Source of the DNA: an uncultured Gammaproteobacteria bacterium
GTDB taxonomy: Bacteria > Pseudomonadota > Gammaproteobacteria > Steroidobacterales > UBA11654
Assembly: GCA_902595845.1 (NCBI GenBank)
Contig: CACJRN010000002.1
Location: 78,294-142,293, forward strand
Direction: 5' to 3'
Length of the DNA stretch: 64,000 nucleotides
Part shown: piece by piece, positions 28,062 to 37,647 of the stretch
How the letters are laid out: each line of letters begins with the position of its first letter
Numbering within the stretch: the first letter of the stretch is position 1
Position numbers and translations under genes: made by a program
Notes under the pieces: model-generated
The model's database searches: none
Told to the model about the DNA's origin: nothing
Seen by the model: the letters and a program-made list of their open reading frames with translations, nothing else

Positions 28062-30137
28062 TTAACCTTGAGGTGTAATTAATATATTGCCATATTTATC
28101 TACCTTACCTTTATGCTTAGAAAGTATTACAGTAGTTGAATCCATTTCCATAACAATGGCTGGACCATTAATGACATTTCCTGATTTTAGTTTTGCTCGA
28201 TCGTATATGGTTGCTTTTTGGTTCTTGCCATCCATATAAACCTTGGCGTCATCACTAATTATTGATTCTTTAGATGGTTTCGCTGATCCTTTCTTTACAG
28301 AAGGTGCTTTCAGAGAAAGAGCTTGATCTTTGACAACCGCTCTTAGATTAACCAATTCTTTCTCCTCATCTAGTGAAAAAGTAAATAACTGTTTATGGAG
28401 TTCATCAAATTTGTCTCCAATGGCATCCAGTCCTTTTTTCTTGAGATCAGCTATCTCAAAGTCAACATTAATAGTTAGCCCCTGACCTAAATACCTCAGG
28501 TCAACTTGATAAGATGTAGTTCTCTTACTTTTAGATACCCCTTCTGCATCCAAGGTTTTAGAAGCTTTTTTTGCAAGATCTTCAAAAATCTTAACCACTT
28601 CCTTTTTATCAGTTTGAGAAAATCTTCTTATAAAAGACATTGACGACTCATCCTGAATATTCGTCGTTACATCTCCATAGGCACAAAGAACCCCAGGCCC
28701 TGGCGGAATAATTACTGGCCATGAGTTTGTTAATTTTCCAAGAGCATTGGCATGAAGCGGACCTGCTCCACCAAAACCAATTAAAGCGAAGTCCCTGGGA
28801 TCATAACCTTTCTCTACAGATACCAGCCTCAAAGCTCCATACATATTTTCATTTACGATATCTATGATTCCTGCTGCAGCTTGTTTGACAGATAATCCGA
28901 GCGCTTTAGCCACTGGCTTAATCGACTCTTCAGCAAGGTCTTTCCTGATCTTCCAATCCTTGTCACCACCTAAAGCAACGTGCTCAGATGGTATATATCC
29001 TAGAACCACGTTTGCATCAGTCACAGTCGGTTCAGTTCCACCTTTATCATATGATGCTGGCCCAGGAGCTGCTCCGGCACTTTGTGGCCCAACTCTCAGT
29101 GCTCCGGTTAATTCAGGAACATGAGCGATAGAACCACCACCTGCTCCAACTGTTCTTACATCAACAGATGAAGCTCTAACCGTTACATCCCCAACAGAGG
29201 TTTCTCTGCTTTGCTCTGCAACACCATTTTTAACCAAGGAAACATCCGTTGAGGTTCCACCCATATCGAATGTCATTAGGTTCTCGAAACCTGCTTGTTT
29301 TGCAATCCAAATTGCACCCGATACACCACCTGCTGGTCCACTCATTAGAAGATTTACAGGTGAGTCAGATGATGCTTTTGCTGATGCAAGACCGCCATCT
29401 GATCTGAGAATCCTGAGCTTTACATTTTTCATTCTTCTCTTAAGGCCGTTTTGTAAGTTTTTGACGTATTCTGCTACTTTTGGTCTTACATAAGAATTCG
29501 CAACTGTAGTAATTGTTCTTTCGTATTCCTGCATTTCTGGAACAACTTCAGATGAGAGCGATACAGGAATCTTCGGCAATAGTTTTTTATTCCGTATTAC
29601 TTTTCTTATTTCTTTCTCATGTTTGTCGTTGGCAAATGAGTTGATCAATGAAACTGTTACGGCTTCGACGCCCTTATCCCTTAGTGCTTTGATATCTTTT
29701 GCGAGTTGACCTACTTTAAGCTTAGAAAGGACTTCACCTTTCGCTGAGATTCTTTCATCTGCTTCCATGGTCAAAGAAAGCGGCGCCAAAGGTTCGCTTT
29801 TATTATAAATTACCCAACCGCCAAGTCCTCCTGGGACAAATGAACGAGCAATTTGCAGAACTTGCCTATAGCCCTTTGTGGTAATTAGACCGACTTTTGC
29901 TCCAGTGCCAGTCAATATTGTGTTGGTTGCTACAGTTGTTCCATGCATCACAGATGTAATCTTAGATGGGTCTACTTTTGCATTTTTACAAACCCGATTT
30001 ATTCCATTGAATACACCAATCGATGAGTCTTCTGGTGTACTTGGAACCTTAGCAGTCCACATTGTGCCTGTTTTTTCATTGATTAGAAGAAGATCAGTGA
30101 AAGTCCCCCCTACATCAACTCCAAGTCGATAACTCAT
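28062..30137 (-). CDS. hyuA: hydantoinase A / oxoprolinase family protein
   Basis: 691-aa ORF with N-terminus YRLGVDVGGTFTDLLL and an internal FDMGGTSTDV ASKHA-type ATPase motif. Confidence 0.88.
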   Translation of the reverse strand: MSYRLGVDVGGTFTDLLLINEKTGTMWTAKVPSTPEDSSIGVFNGINRVCKNAKVDPSKITSVMHGTTVATNTILTGTGAKVGLITTKGYRQVLQIARSFVPGGLGGWVIYNKSEPLAPLSLTMEADERISAKGEVLSKLKVGQLAKDIKALRDKGVEAVTVSLINSFANDKHEKEIRKVIRNKKLLPKIPVSLSSEVVPEMQEYERTITTVANSYVRPKVAEYVKNLQNGLKRRMKNVKLRILRSDGGLASAKASSDSPVNLLMSGPAGGVSGAIWIAKQAGFENLMTFDMGGTSTDVSLVKNGVAEQSRETSVGDVTVRASSVDVRTVGAGGGSIAHVPELTGALRVGPQSAGAAPGPASYDKGGTEPTVTDANVVLGYIPSEHVALGGDKDWKIRKDLAEESIKPVAKALGLSVKQAAAGIIDIVNENMYGALRLVSVEKGYDPRDFALIGFGGAGPLHANALGKLTNSWPVIIPPGPGVLCAYGDVTTNIQDESSMSFIRRFSQTDKKEVVKIFEDLAKKASKTLDAEGVSKSKRTTSYQVDLRYLGQGLTINVDFEIADLKKKGLDAIGDKFDELHKQLFTFSLDEEKELVNLRAVVKDQALSLKAPSVKKGSAKPSKESIISDDAKVYMDGKNQKATIYDRAKLKSGNVINGPAIVMEMDSTTVILSKHKGKVDKYGNILITPQG

Positions 30138-30251
30138 AATTTCTCCTTTTATTTAAATCTAAACCAATTAACTAATTTCTTTTAGTTCGATTTATTATTT
30201 GAATTCTTTGAGTACTACCTTAAAAAAAAATACTCAATAATCATACTTTTT

Positions 30252-31166
30252 TTACATGTTTATTTCAGCGTTTTCTGGGAAAATTCCGGCTTTGGGTACC
30301 ATAGCTGGAACAGCTCTCCCAAGTTCTGATTCTAACCATTCAGAGTTCTCTACAATTTGATTAAGGTCTACACCAGTTTCTATTCCAGAACGGTTAAGCA
30401 TATATAGCAAATCATCAGTGGGTATATTACCAGTTGCTTTTGGTGCAAAAGGACAGCCTCCTATGCCTCCTGTTGATGCATCAACAATTGTGACACCAGC
30501 TTCGATAGCAGCAGCAGCATTAGCTAGACCAGTATTTCTAGTATTATGAAGATGCGTTCTCAGAGGTAAATCAGGTGCAAGCTCTTTTATCAAAGAGAAT
30601 GTTTTTTTAATTTGATTGGGGACAGCAACACCGACGCTGTCAGCCAATCCAATGATATCAGGATTACCCTTAAGAACTTTTTCAGCTATTCCTGCAATGT
30701 GTTCTGGGTCAACCTCCCCTTCATAAGGACAACCAAAAGAGCATGCAATCAAAACATTTGTCCGAATCCCTGATGATTTAGCTTCATCAGCAATTTCAAG
30801 CCAATTATCGATGGATTGTTGGGTGATTACTCCCTGATTTTTCATATTGTAAGTATCAGTACTGACAATAACCATGCCAACTTCTTTTATTCCACAATCC
30901 TTTGCTCTTTGAAAACCTCTTTGATTCATTATTAGACCTATGTAGGAGACATCATCATGGTTTGGTAAGGAAGCCACTAATTCCTCGGCATCAGCCATTT
31001 GAGGCACCTTTTTTGGATGCACAAAGCTTGTAACCTCTATGTTCTTTATGCCTGCATTGATTGATCTAGTAATAAACTCTTTTTTAACTTCAGTTGATAG
31101 AAGCTCAGGCTCACTTTGAAGACCATCCCTCGGCCCTACTTCGCAAATTGAAACTTTTGACACCAT
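30252..31166 (-). CDS. hydroxymethylglutaryl-CoA lyase family (DRE-TIM metallolyase) protein
   Basis: It has ICEVGPRDGLQSE, a HLHNTRNTG metal site and a GGLGGCPFAP-like GGIGGCPFAPKATGN. I chose the start at internal ATG 31166 (MVSKVSICEVGPRDGLQ). The track ORF extends to 31199. Confidence 0.85.
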   Translation of the reverse strand: MVSKVSICEVGPRDGLQSEPELLSTEVKKEFITRSINAGIKNIEVTSFVHPKKVPQMADAEELVASLPNHDDVSYIGLIMNQRGFQRAKDCGIKEVGMVIVSTDTYNMKNQGVITQQSIDNWLEIADEAKSSGIRTNVLIACSFGCPYEGEVDPEHIAGIAEKVLKGNPDIIGLADSVGVAVPNQIKKTFSLIKELAPDLPLRTHLHNTRNTGLANAAAAIEAGVTIVDASTGGIGGCPFAPKATGNIPTDDLLYMLNRSGIETGVDLNQIVENSEWLESELGRAVPAMVPKAGIFPENAEINM

Positions 31167-31249
31167 TACACTCCGTTTTGTTTTTCTAGATTTGATCAAG
31201 TGTATACAAATATTATGATATTCTCTATCTTTTGAACTAGTGTGATCAC

Positions 31250-32122
31250 ATGCAATTAGGTCGAATTACAGCAGTGACAATAACCAGTCCTGATTTGGAT
31301 AGGGTCATAGATATTTATTCAAAATACCTAGGCTATCGTTTCATCTCATCGACAACAGTAAGTGCTCAGCAAGCCAAAACCTGGGATGCCGAAAATATTG
31401 AAGGCTCAAGGATGATATTTATGAGTCCGGAAAGCTCTAATGATTTCTTTTTTCGTTTCATAGAACAAGATATAGACGAAGATTATGTTCCGTTTGGAAC
31501 TTATGGATGGAACGCAGCCGAATTAATTGTAAGAGATGTAGATCAGTCAGCAGAAAAGTTGATCGGCTCCCCTTTTGAGGTGATTGGTGAGCCTGCAGAT
31601 TTGTCCTTCACTGATCAAATCAGGGCAATGCAGATTTTGGGACCATCAAAAGAAATTATATATCTTACCCAGTTCAAATCTAAACTGGATGAATTTGATA
31701 GCCCGTCCCCAAGATGTGATATTGACCAGACTTTTATTGTTATTCTTGCAGGAGAGAATCTAGATCAGATGCAATCATTTTTGCATCAAGAATTATCTGT
31801 AAAAAAAGCAGCACCTATGCAGTCAAGGATTCGTGCCATCTCCAAAGTTTTCGATCTACCAGAAGACACAAAATATAAATCTGCTGCCCTCGCAATTAGG
31901 GGTCAATCTTTGATTGAACTGGATGAAATGCCATCCAAAGCTGGTCCCAGAACTTGTAGGCCAGGTTACTTGCCATCAGGTATCTCAATAGTCAGTTTTA
32001 TTGCTCATGATTCTGGTTTGATAGGCAAAAATTATGATTCAAATATCCCAAGCTTTGAAAAATCTCAAGCATCTACAATTAAAGGAAATAGCGGTGAGCT
32101 AATCGAGATAATAAATGTCTAG
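31250..32122 (+). CDS. two-domain VOC-like protein of unknown function (paralog of 6124-7023)
   Basis: 290-aa ORF that is collinear by eye with the 299-aa ORF at 6124 (blocks listed there). Confidence 0.5.
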   Translation: MQLGRITAVTITSPDLDRVIDIYSKYLGYRFISSTTVSAQQAKTWDAENIEGSRMIFMSPESSNDFFFRFIEQDIDEDYVPFGTYGWNAAELIVRDVDQSAEKLIGSPFEVIGEPADLSFTDQIRAMQILGPSKEIIYLTQFKSKLDEFDSPSPRCDIDQTFIVILAGENLDQMQSFLHQELSVKKAAPMQSRIRAISKVFDLPEDTKYKSAALAIRGQSLIELDEMPSKAGPRTCRPGYLPSGISIVSFIAHDSGLIGKNYDSNIPSFEKSQASTIKGNSGELIEIINV

Positions 32123-32133
32123 GAGAACTTTTT

Positions 32134-32946
32134 TTGCAACCTGATTTAATTACTTTATTCATTATTGCCTCAGCAAGTTCTTTTGCAGGGATACTAGCTG
32201 GAATGTTAGGTATTGGCGGAGGAATAGTCATTGTTCCTATGATTTACTATCTTTTGACATACTTTGGTTTTGATCAATCAATCATAATGCATGTTGCAGT
32301 TGGAACTTCTCTTTTTATAATTATTCCAACTGGATTGAGATCTGCATTTGAGCATTCAAAAAGAGGTTCCTTTAAAAAAACAATATTCAAAAAATGGTTT
32401 GCACCCATAGCTTTAGGCTCTATTTTGGGAAGTTACTTGGCAGGCATATCATCTTTCAAAGGCCTCACTTTACTTTTTGCAACACTGGCATCAGTGGTTT
32501 CATATCAAATGTTTACCAGCAGCAGAAAGGATGAAACATTAACAATTATTCAAAATCCATTGCTTAATTTCTCTCCTTTTTTTATTGGTATATTTTCATC
32601 AATGATGGGTATTGGTGGTGGAAACTTAAGTGTGCCAATAATGAGTTATATGGGAATTGAAATTAGAAAAGCGATAGGTACTTCATCTGCTCTTGGGATT
32701 GTAATAGCGGTACCTGGATCTATAGGATTCATGATCAGTGGTCAAGCTGTCGAAAACCTTCCTGATTATTCCATTGGTTATGTGAACCTTCTTTATGCAG
32801 CACTGATTATTCCTTTAACCATACTTTTTGTGCCTATTGGAGTCAGATTGGCTCATAAATTTGAGAGGAGCAGACTGCAAGCAGTATTTAGCTTATTGCT
32901 AGCAATTACTGCAACGAAAATGTTTTGGGATATTCTATCTAGTTAA
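32134..32946 (+). CDS. TauE/SafE family sulfite/anion exporter
   Basis: 270-aa ORF (TTG start) with 7-8 TM segments and duplicated G(M/I)LGIGGG / MMGIGGG motifs. Confidence 0.8.
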   Translation: MQPDLITLFIIASASSFAGILAGMLGIGGGIVIVPMIYYLLTYFGFDQSIIMHVAVGTSLFIIIPTGLRSAFEHSKRGSFKKTIFKKWFAPIALGSILGSYLAGISSFKGLTLLFATLASVVSYQMFTSSRKDETLTIIQNPLLNFSPFFIGIFSSMMGIGGGNLSVPIMSYMGIEIRKAIGTSSALGIVIAVPGSIGFMISGQAVENLPDYSIGYVNLLYAALIIPLTILFVPIGVRLAHKFERSRLQAVFSLLLAITATKMFWDILSS

Positions 32947-34649
32947 AATGTCAGGGCTTGTGATTCACCCGATGCAAGTTGGGCTTCAATAGCAGCAATT
33001 TGTGTTTGCAGTAGCGTCACTCTTTCTACTTCTTTTTCTAAGAAATTTGACCAATTCTCAACTGTTTTAACTGACGAAGGGAGCTGGCATCTGATAACCT
33101 TCTCTTCAATTTCTTTACCCATTTCAAGGAAGGCTTTTTGAGTCTCCATCTTCAGAATTAACTCATCAAGTGATAGATTTTCAGAATCAGCACATTGTTG
33201 AAGCGCGATGTCATTTCTTCGATCTGCATCAACTTTTGCCATTGCAAAGGATTCCTTTGCATCTTCATATTCAGCAGCTTCAAATTCACACATCCCTTTT
33301 GTAATATATGACTCATCTAGTCGCTTCAAAGAACCTTTTGAGATACCTGTGTTTGCTGATTCAATACAACCCGTGTAGTCGCCAATATTTGATAAAGACC
33401 TAGCCAGCCTCAAATCAAGTTCACCATCATCGGTCAGTTTAGCTGCCTCCCGAAGGGCAACGATGGCTTTGTCATCATATTTAGATAAAAACCATGCTTG
33501 CGCCAAAACCATCCAATTTTTTTCATCATCTGTATCAACTTTTCCATCATCCACAGCTTTTTGAAGAAGTTTTGCAGCCTCATAGGGTGCTTCCTTAGAA
33601 AGATAAAGTTGTGCCATCATGACAAACTCGGAACTCTTCTCTAGATATCCTTCATGATATGCTGTCTGGTAAGCAGCTATCTGTTCCTCTTCTTGCCTAT
33701 CCTGCGAATACATTGCAGAGAGTTGAACCCAGTACTCTTTTTTAGACCACTCGACTACAAGCCTTTCTAAGATTCTCTTTACTTGATCCATTTGTTCTAA
33801 TGAATAGTAACTGGCTCGAAGTAATAACCACCATTGCTCTTTTGTTGGTCCAATGGCTAGGTTTTTTGCATCTGCTTCAAGACCTTTAATTTCTTCTTCA
33901 AGCTGAACATATTTTTCATTACCTTTTCTCGTTTGCTCTAGTTGAAGTTTGAGAACTTTCTTTACCTCATTGGCAAGCGATATGTAATCAATATTATTTC
34001 GGTCATACTTCACTCTGTATTTTCCAGCTGCTGAAGTGACATTCTTTTGTAGCTGGGTAACACGATCAGCATTTCTTGATTCAGCCAAAGATATTGCTTC
34101 TTCAACTGATTCAATGGTTTTTTCAAACTGATCCATTTGGTACTGAGCTGTACCTTTAAGAATATAGAGGTCTGGTCTAGGAGTTGTTTGATTCTTGAGA
34201 ATATCATCAACAGCTGAGACGGTTCTTGGATAGTCTTCTAGTTGAAAGTAAAGTTGTGCGATTGTAGTTCTAGCTGATGATACAAGCCCCTCAGGAACCT
34301 TCTCATCTTGAAGTACTTTACGGTAGAAGTTTATAGCCCCTTGATAGTTTTCTTTAAGATACTCTACATACCCATAAAAATAATTTACTTGAGCTCTTTC
34401 GTAGTCTGTGAGTTTTTTGAATGCCATGATGTCATTTAACTCTTTAAGACCTTCTTCAATCTTTTCAGCTTCAATTAATTCTTGAGCAGCAGACAATTTC
34501 TTAGCAACTTTTTCAGTCATTGCCCCAACTTTTTTAGTTTTTCTTTGCTCTCCTTCTTGAGCAGTGACATCACTCATAGGGACGGATAAAAAAGTGGGCA
34601 GTAAAACTAAACTTAAAGAAAGAATAAAAAATAACGTGAACTTCTTCAT
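32943..34649 (-). CDS. secreted TPR-repeat protein (TtpD-like, last gene of the TonB2-type cluster)
   Basis: 568-aa ORF with a signal peptide and many A..Y/W...G-type TPR helices. It follows tonB with no gap. Confidence 0.7.
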   Translation of the reverse strand: MKKFTLFFILSLSLVLLPTFLSVPMSDVTAQEGEQRKTKKVGAMTEKVAKKLSAAQELIEAEKIEEGLKELNDIMAFKKLTDYERAQVNYFYGYVEYLKENYQGAINFYRKVLQDEKVPEGLVSSARTTIAQLYFQLEDYPRTVSAVDDILKNQTTPRPDLYILKGTAQYQMDQFEKTIESVEEAISLAESRNADRVTQLQKNVTSAAGKYRVKYDRNNIDYISLANEVKKVLKLQLEQTRKGNEKYVQLEEEIKGLEADAKNLAIGPTKEQWWLLLRASYYSLEQMDQVKRILERLVVEWSKKEYWVQLSAMYSQDRQEEEQIAAYQTAYHEGYLEKSSEFVMMAQLYLSKEAPYEAAKLLQKAVDDGKVDTDDEKNWMVLAQAWFLSKYDDKAIVALREAAKLTDDGELDLRLARSLSNIGDYTGCIESANTGISKGSLKRLDESYITKGMCEFEAAEYEDAKESFAMAKVDADRRNDIALQQCADSENLSLDELILKMETQKAFLEMGKEIEEKVIRCQLPSSVKTVENWSNFLEKEVERVTLLQTQIAAIEAQLASGESQALTF

Positions 34650-35297
34650 TTATTTCTCCAGCTCAAATGTAATTTTGTGTTGGACGCCGGGTACATCAAT
34701 TGGCGTTCCATTGATTACTCGGGGCTTATATTTAAACTTAGACGAAGCTTTTAATGATGCATTAGCAAAAAGACTGCTGGTGCATTCTACAATCTTTCCG
34801 TTTGCAGTAGTTCCGTTTCTGGTAACAACAAATTCAACGATACAATAGCCTTCTATACCTCTTGAGAGAGCTCTATTTGGATATATGGGTGCAACTTTAA
34901 CGATTGGAAGATACTCACCTTCTCCAGCATTAAACCCACCAATGCCAGCTGCTACGTCTACATTCGCATCTACAGCTCCTATGCTGACTGTATCCATGCT
35001 TGTATCGATATCATCCATTTGCTGTTCTGGTTCAGGAGGTGGCTCTTCTGGCTCCGGTGGTTTTTTTGGTTTTGCATTTTTAAGATCTAAAGATTCATCT
35101 TTTTTGATTCGAACGAAATCTACGAAACGTCCTTCATACTTTGAAGTGATTGCTCCTTCTCCAGTTGCAATAAGTATTTGCATAACCCAAAGTATCCCAA
35201 ATGTTGTGAATACAGAAAGGAAGCCAGCTGCTGCTATTCGAGTTAAAGGATCTTGAATTCCTATCGTATCTCTAATTTGTTGAATCAGTTCAGACAT
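34650..35297 (-). CDS. tonB: energy transducer TonB
   Basis: 215-aa ORF with an N-terminal TM anchor, the Pro/Glu/Lys-rich spacer KPKKPPEPEEPPPEPEQ, and a C-terminal TonB domain (YPNRALSRGIEGYCIVEFVV...). Confidence 0.85.
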   Translation of the reverse strand: MSELIQQIRDTIGIQDPLTRIAAAGFLSVFTTFGILWVMQILIATGEGAITSKYEGRFVDFVRIKKDESLDLKNAKPKKPPEPEEPPPEPEQQMDDIDTSMDTVSIGAVDANVDVAAGIGGFNAGEGEYLPIVKVAPIYPNRALSRGIEGYCIVEFVVTRNGTTANGKIVECTSSLFANASLKASSKFKYKPRVINGTPIDVPGVQHKITFELEK

Positions 35298-35313
35298 ATT
35301 TATATACGGTCAG

Positions 35314-35724
35314 TTATTCACCTTCATTTGCAGCAATAGATACGTTATAAACGCCAGCTTGTCTGGCAGAGTCCATAACTGTTACAAGTGTTTCAGTGAA
35401 AGCTTTTTTATCAGCCTGAATAATGACAGCACCTTCAGGGTTTTCTGCATGCATTCTTTCAATATTAGCTCTAACTGCTCTAGGATCTATTCTTCTTCTA
35501 TTAATCCAAATTTCATTATTTGCTCCAATTGCAACCAGAATATTGGCATTTTCTTTCTTAACTGCAGTAGGTGCATCAGGACGATTCACATCAAGACCGG
35601 ATTCCTTTACAAATGAAGCCGTTACAATAAAGAAGATCAGCATGATGAAAACAACATCAAGCATTGGCGTGAGGTTTATTTCAGCTTCTTCTTCTGGTTG
35701 TGCTTGAAATAGATTCTTTCTCAT
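35314..35724 (-). CDS. exbD: biopolymer transporter ExbD
   Basis: 136-aa ORF with the INLTPMLDVVFIMLIFFIV motif and TM segment. Confidence 0.9.
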   Translation of the reverse strand: MRKNLFQAQPEEEAEINLTPMLDVVFIMLIFFIVTASFVKESGLDVNRPDAPTAVKKENANILVAIGANNEIWINRRRIDPRAVRANIERMHAENPEGAVIIQADKKAFTETLVTVMDSARQAGVYNVSIAANEGE

Positions 35725-35743
35725 ATTTTCTTACCTTAATTAT

Positions 35744-36262
35744 TTATTCGTCTGCCGTTAGATTATCTTCTAAATCTTCGACTTCAGATGTTACCTTTTG
35801 ATTTAACAATGTCACAAAAAACACTCCAGATAAAGCGCCAACCATACCAGCCATAGTGGGGATTGTTGCTTTAGAGACACCAGAAGCCATAGATCTAGCA
35901 TTCCCAGAGCCTGAGATAGCCATTACATCGAATACTTGTATCATCCCAGTAACTGTTCCCATCAGTCCAAGTAACGGACAAAGGGCTACTAGGGTCTTGA
36001 TGATCGATAGATACTGATTCGCAGACATTGAAAATTCAGAGATCATCTGTTCTCTAATTGCTTCTGAATTCCATGACTTCTTATTTGATCGATTGCTCCA
36101 GTTTGCTTGTATCGAAGTTTTCTGTGTTATTAACCCTGATTGGAAAAATGATATTCTCTCGAGGATTAACATCCACATTAGGAATATCACAAGAGCAATT
36201 ATATTCAGGACTTGTCCTCCCATCTCTAGGAAGTCTCTGACTGCTATAATTACATCACCCAT
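35744..36262 (-). CDS. exbB: MotA/TolQ/ExbB proton channel protein
   Basis: 172-aa ORF with the LGLMGTVTGMIQVF signature. Confidence 0.88.
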   Translation of the reverse strand: MGDVIIAVRDFLEMGGQVLNIIALVIFLMWMLILERISFFQSGLITQKTSIQANWSNRSNKKSWNSEAIREQMISEFSMSANQYLSIIKTLVALCPLLGLMGTVTGMIQVFDVMAISGSGNARSMASGVSKATIPTMAGMVGALSGVFFVTLLNQKVTSEVEDLEDNLTADE

Positions 36263-36288
36263 CTTAATGATCCTCTTGGTTATTCAAA

Positions 36289-37647
36289 TTATGAGGACTT
36301 TTCAGAATGACTTGCAATGATTCCAGCTCCTTGCTCCTGAATGATCTGGCTTACTCTTCTGCTTCTTCCGCTTACAATGGTATGAAGAAGAGTAGTTGGT
36401 ATAGCAACTGTCAGACCCAGCACAGTGGTAACCAATGCTTGTGAAATACCACCAGCCATTAGTTTAGGATCACCTGTTCCATAAAGTGTAATAGCCTGGA
36501 AGGTATTGATCATTCCAGTTACTGTTCCAAGAAGTCCCATTAATGGGGCTACAACAGATATTACTTTTATGATTAATAAGCCTTTGTTCAGCTCTGGCGT
36601 TTCCTTGAATACGGCTTCAGCCATTTTCAGTTCTAGGGTATCTGTGTCGACACTCTTGTTTTCTTCGTAAACATTTAGAACTCTTCCAAGTGCATTGTCA
36701 GTGCTGATTACATCGCTATTCAATTGAGCTGTAACTTTCTTATCAACATCAATCAGGATATATAGCCTTTGTATGGCTATTCCAACACCAAATGCACCAA
36801 GTAGTAAGACGAGATAACCGACAATACCACCTTGTTGCACTCTCTCCATGAGATTGGGTCGTGCCACCAATGATGCCAGCACACCTCCAAGTGTTGGGTC
36901 AACACCAAATGAAACTTTCTCATCGCCAGCTTCAAAAACATTTGAGGTACTGCTTGTATACCTTCTACCTTCAGGCTGTCTTGGAATTTCAGTGACATTA
37001 CCAGTTTCAGGGGAGTATGTTAGATACTTTCCATCCGCGACTATGTTAAATGCACCTACTCTAACCACTTCAGTTGACTGCTTGCTTCCATTGGTATCAA
37101 TTACGTCTGTCGTGAATTTCACGACTTTTCCTGACTCCGTCATTTCTCTTTGAAGCTCAAACCAAAGTCTTTCAATCTCTTCAATAGATGGAAGCTTTGA
37201 GTTACTTCCAATTTTCTTAGCCAAATCTTCTAGAAATGGACTACGATCAGGGTATTGGACATTTGTTAATGAATTATCGAACCTTGTTCTGGCATCACCA
37301 GCAACTTGCTGCATAACACCAAAAAGTTCTTTAAGGGCACCAAGTCTTTCAGTAAGCGTATCTTGGAGAATATTTAATTCTGCTTCATTTTCTTCAAATA
37401 TTGCTTCTAATTGAGTGCTTCTATTTTCTTCAGTTATTTTTGTTGCATCAGCTTCAGATAAAAGTTTTTCTTGTTGATCCCTTTTCTGTCTAAATTCTGC
37501 TTCTCTCATCTTATTTTCAGAATTGTCGTTGATTTTTCCCTGTTCTACATTTTCGAGTAATTGATCAACAGTTATAGCTGATTGCTGAGCATAGACTGGA
37601 CTAATGATTAGACATCCTAAAACTATGAATAAATATGTTTTCTTCAT
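36289..37647 (-). CDS. large MotA/TolQ/ExbB-family protein with N-terminal periplasmic coiled-coil domain (TtpC-like)
   Basis: 452-aa ORF with a signal peptide, a coiled-coil domain of about 250 aa, and a C-terminal ExbB-type channel (MGLLGTVTGMINTF). Confidence 0.8.
   Translation of the reverse strand: MKKTYLFIVLGCLIISPVYAQQSAITVDQLLENVEQGKINDNSENKMREAEFRQKRDQQEKLLSEADATKITEENRSTQLEAIFEENEAELNILQDTLTERLGALKELFGVMQQVAGDARTRFDNSLTNVQYPDRSPFLEDLAKKIGSNSKLPSIEEIERLWFELQREMTESGKVVKFTTDVIDTNGSKQSTEVVRVGAFNIVADGKYLTYSPETGNVTEIPRQPEGRRYTSSTSNVFEAGDEKVSFGVDPTLGGVLASLVARPNLMERVQQGGIVGYLVLLLGAFGVGIAIQRLYILIDVDKKVTAQLNSDVISTDNALGRVLNVYEENKSVDTDTLELKMAEAVFKETPELNKGLLIIKVISVVAPLMGLLGTVTGMINTFQAITLYGTGDPKLMAGGISQALVTTVLGLTVAIPTTLLHTIVSGRSRRVSQIIQEQGAGIIASHSEKSS

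Noticed and set aside
34885-35256. 123-aa plus-strand ORF, with similar antisense ORFs at 14709-15101, 20118-20465, 20657-21097, 40831-41199, 47071-47433, 49235-49636 and 9642-10001.
   Set aside because: Each sits inside and antisense to a well-supported conserved gene (tonB, etfBA, prx, dctM, leuA, hisD, hisB, the ASST-like gene). They have low-complexity or odd composition and no motifs, and are treated as shadow ORFs.
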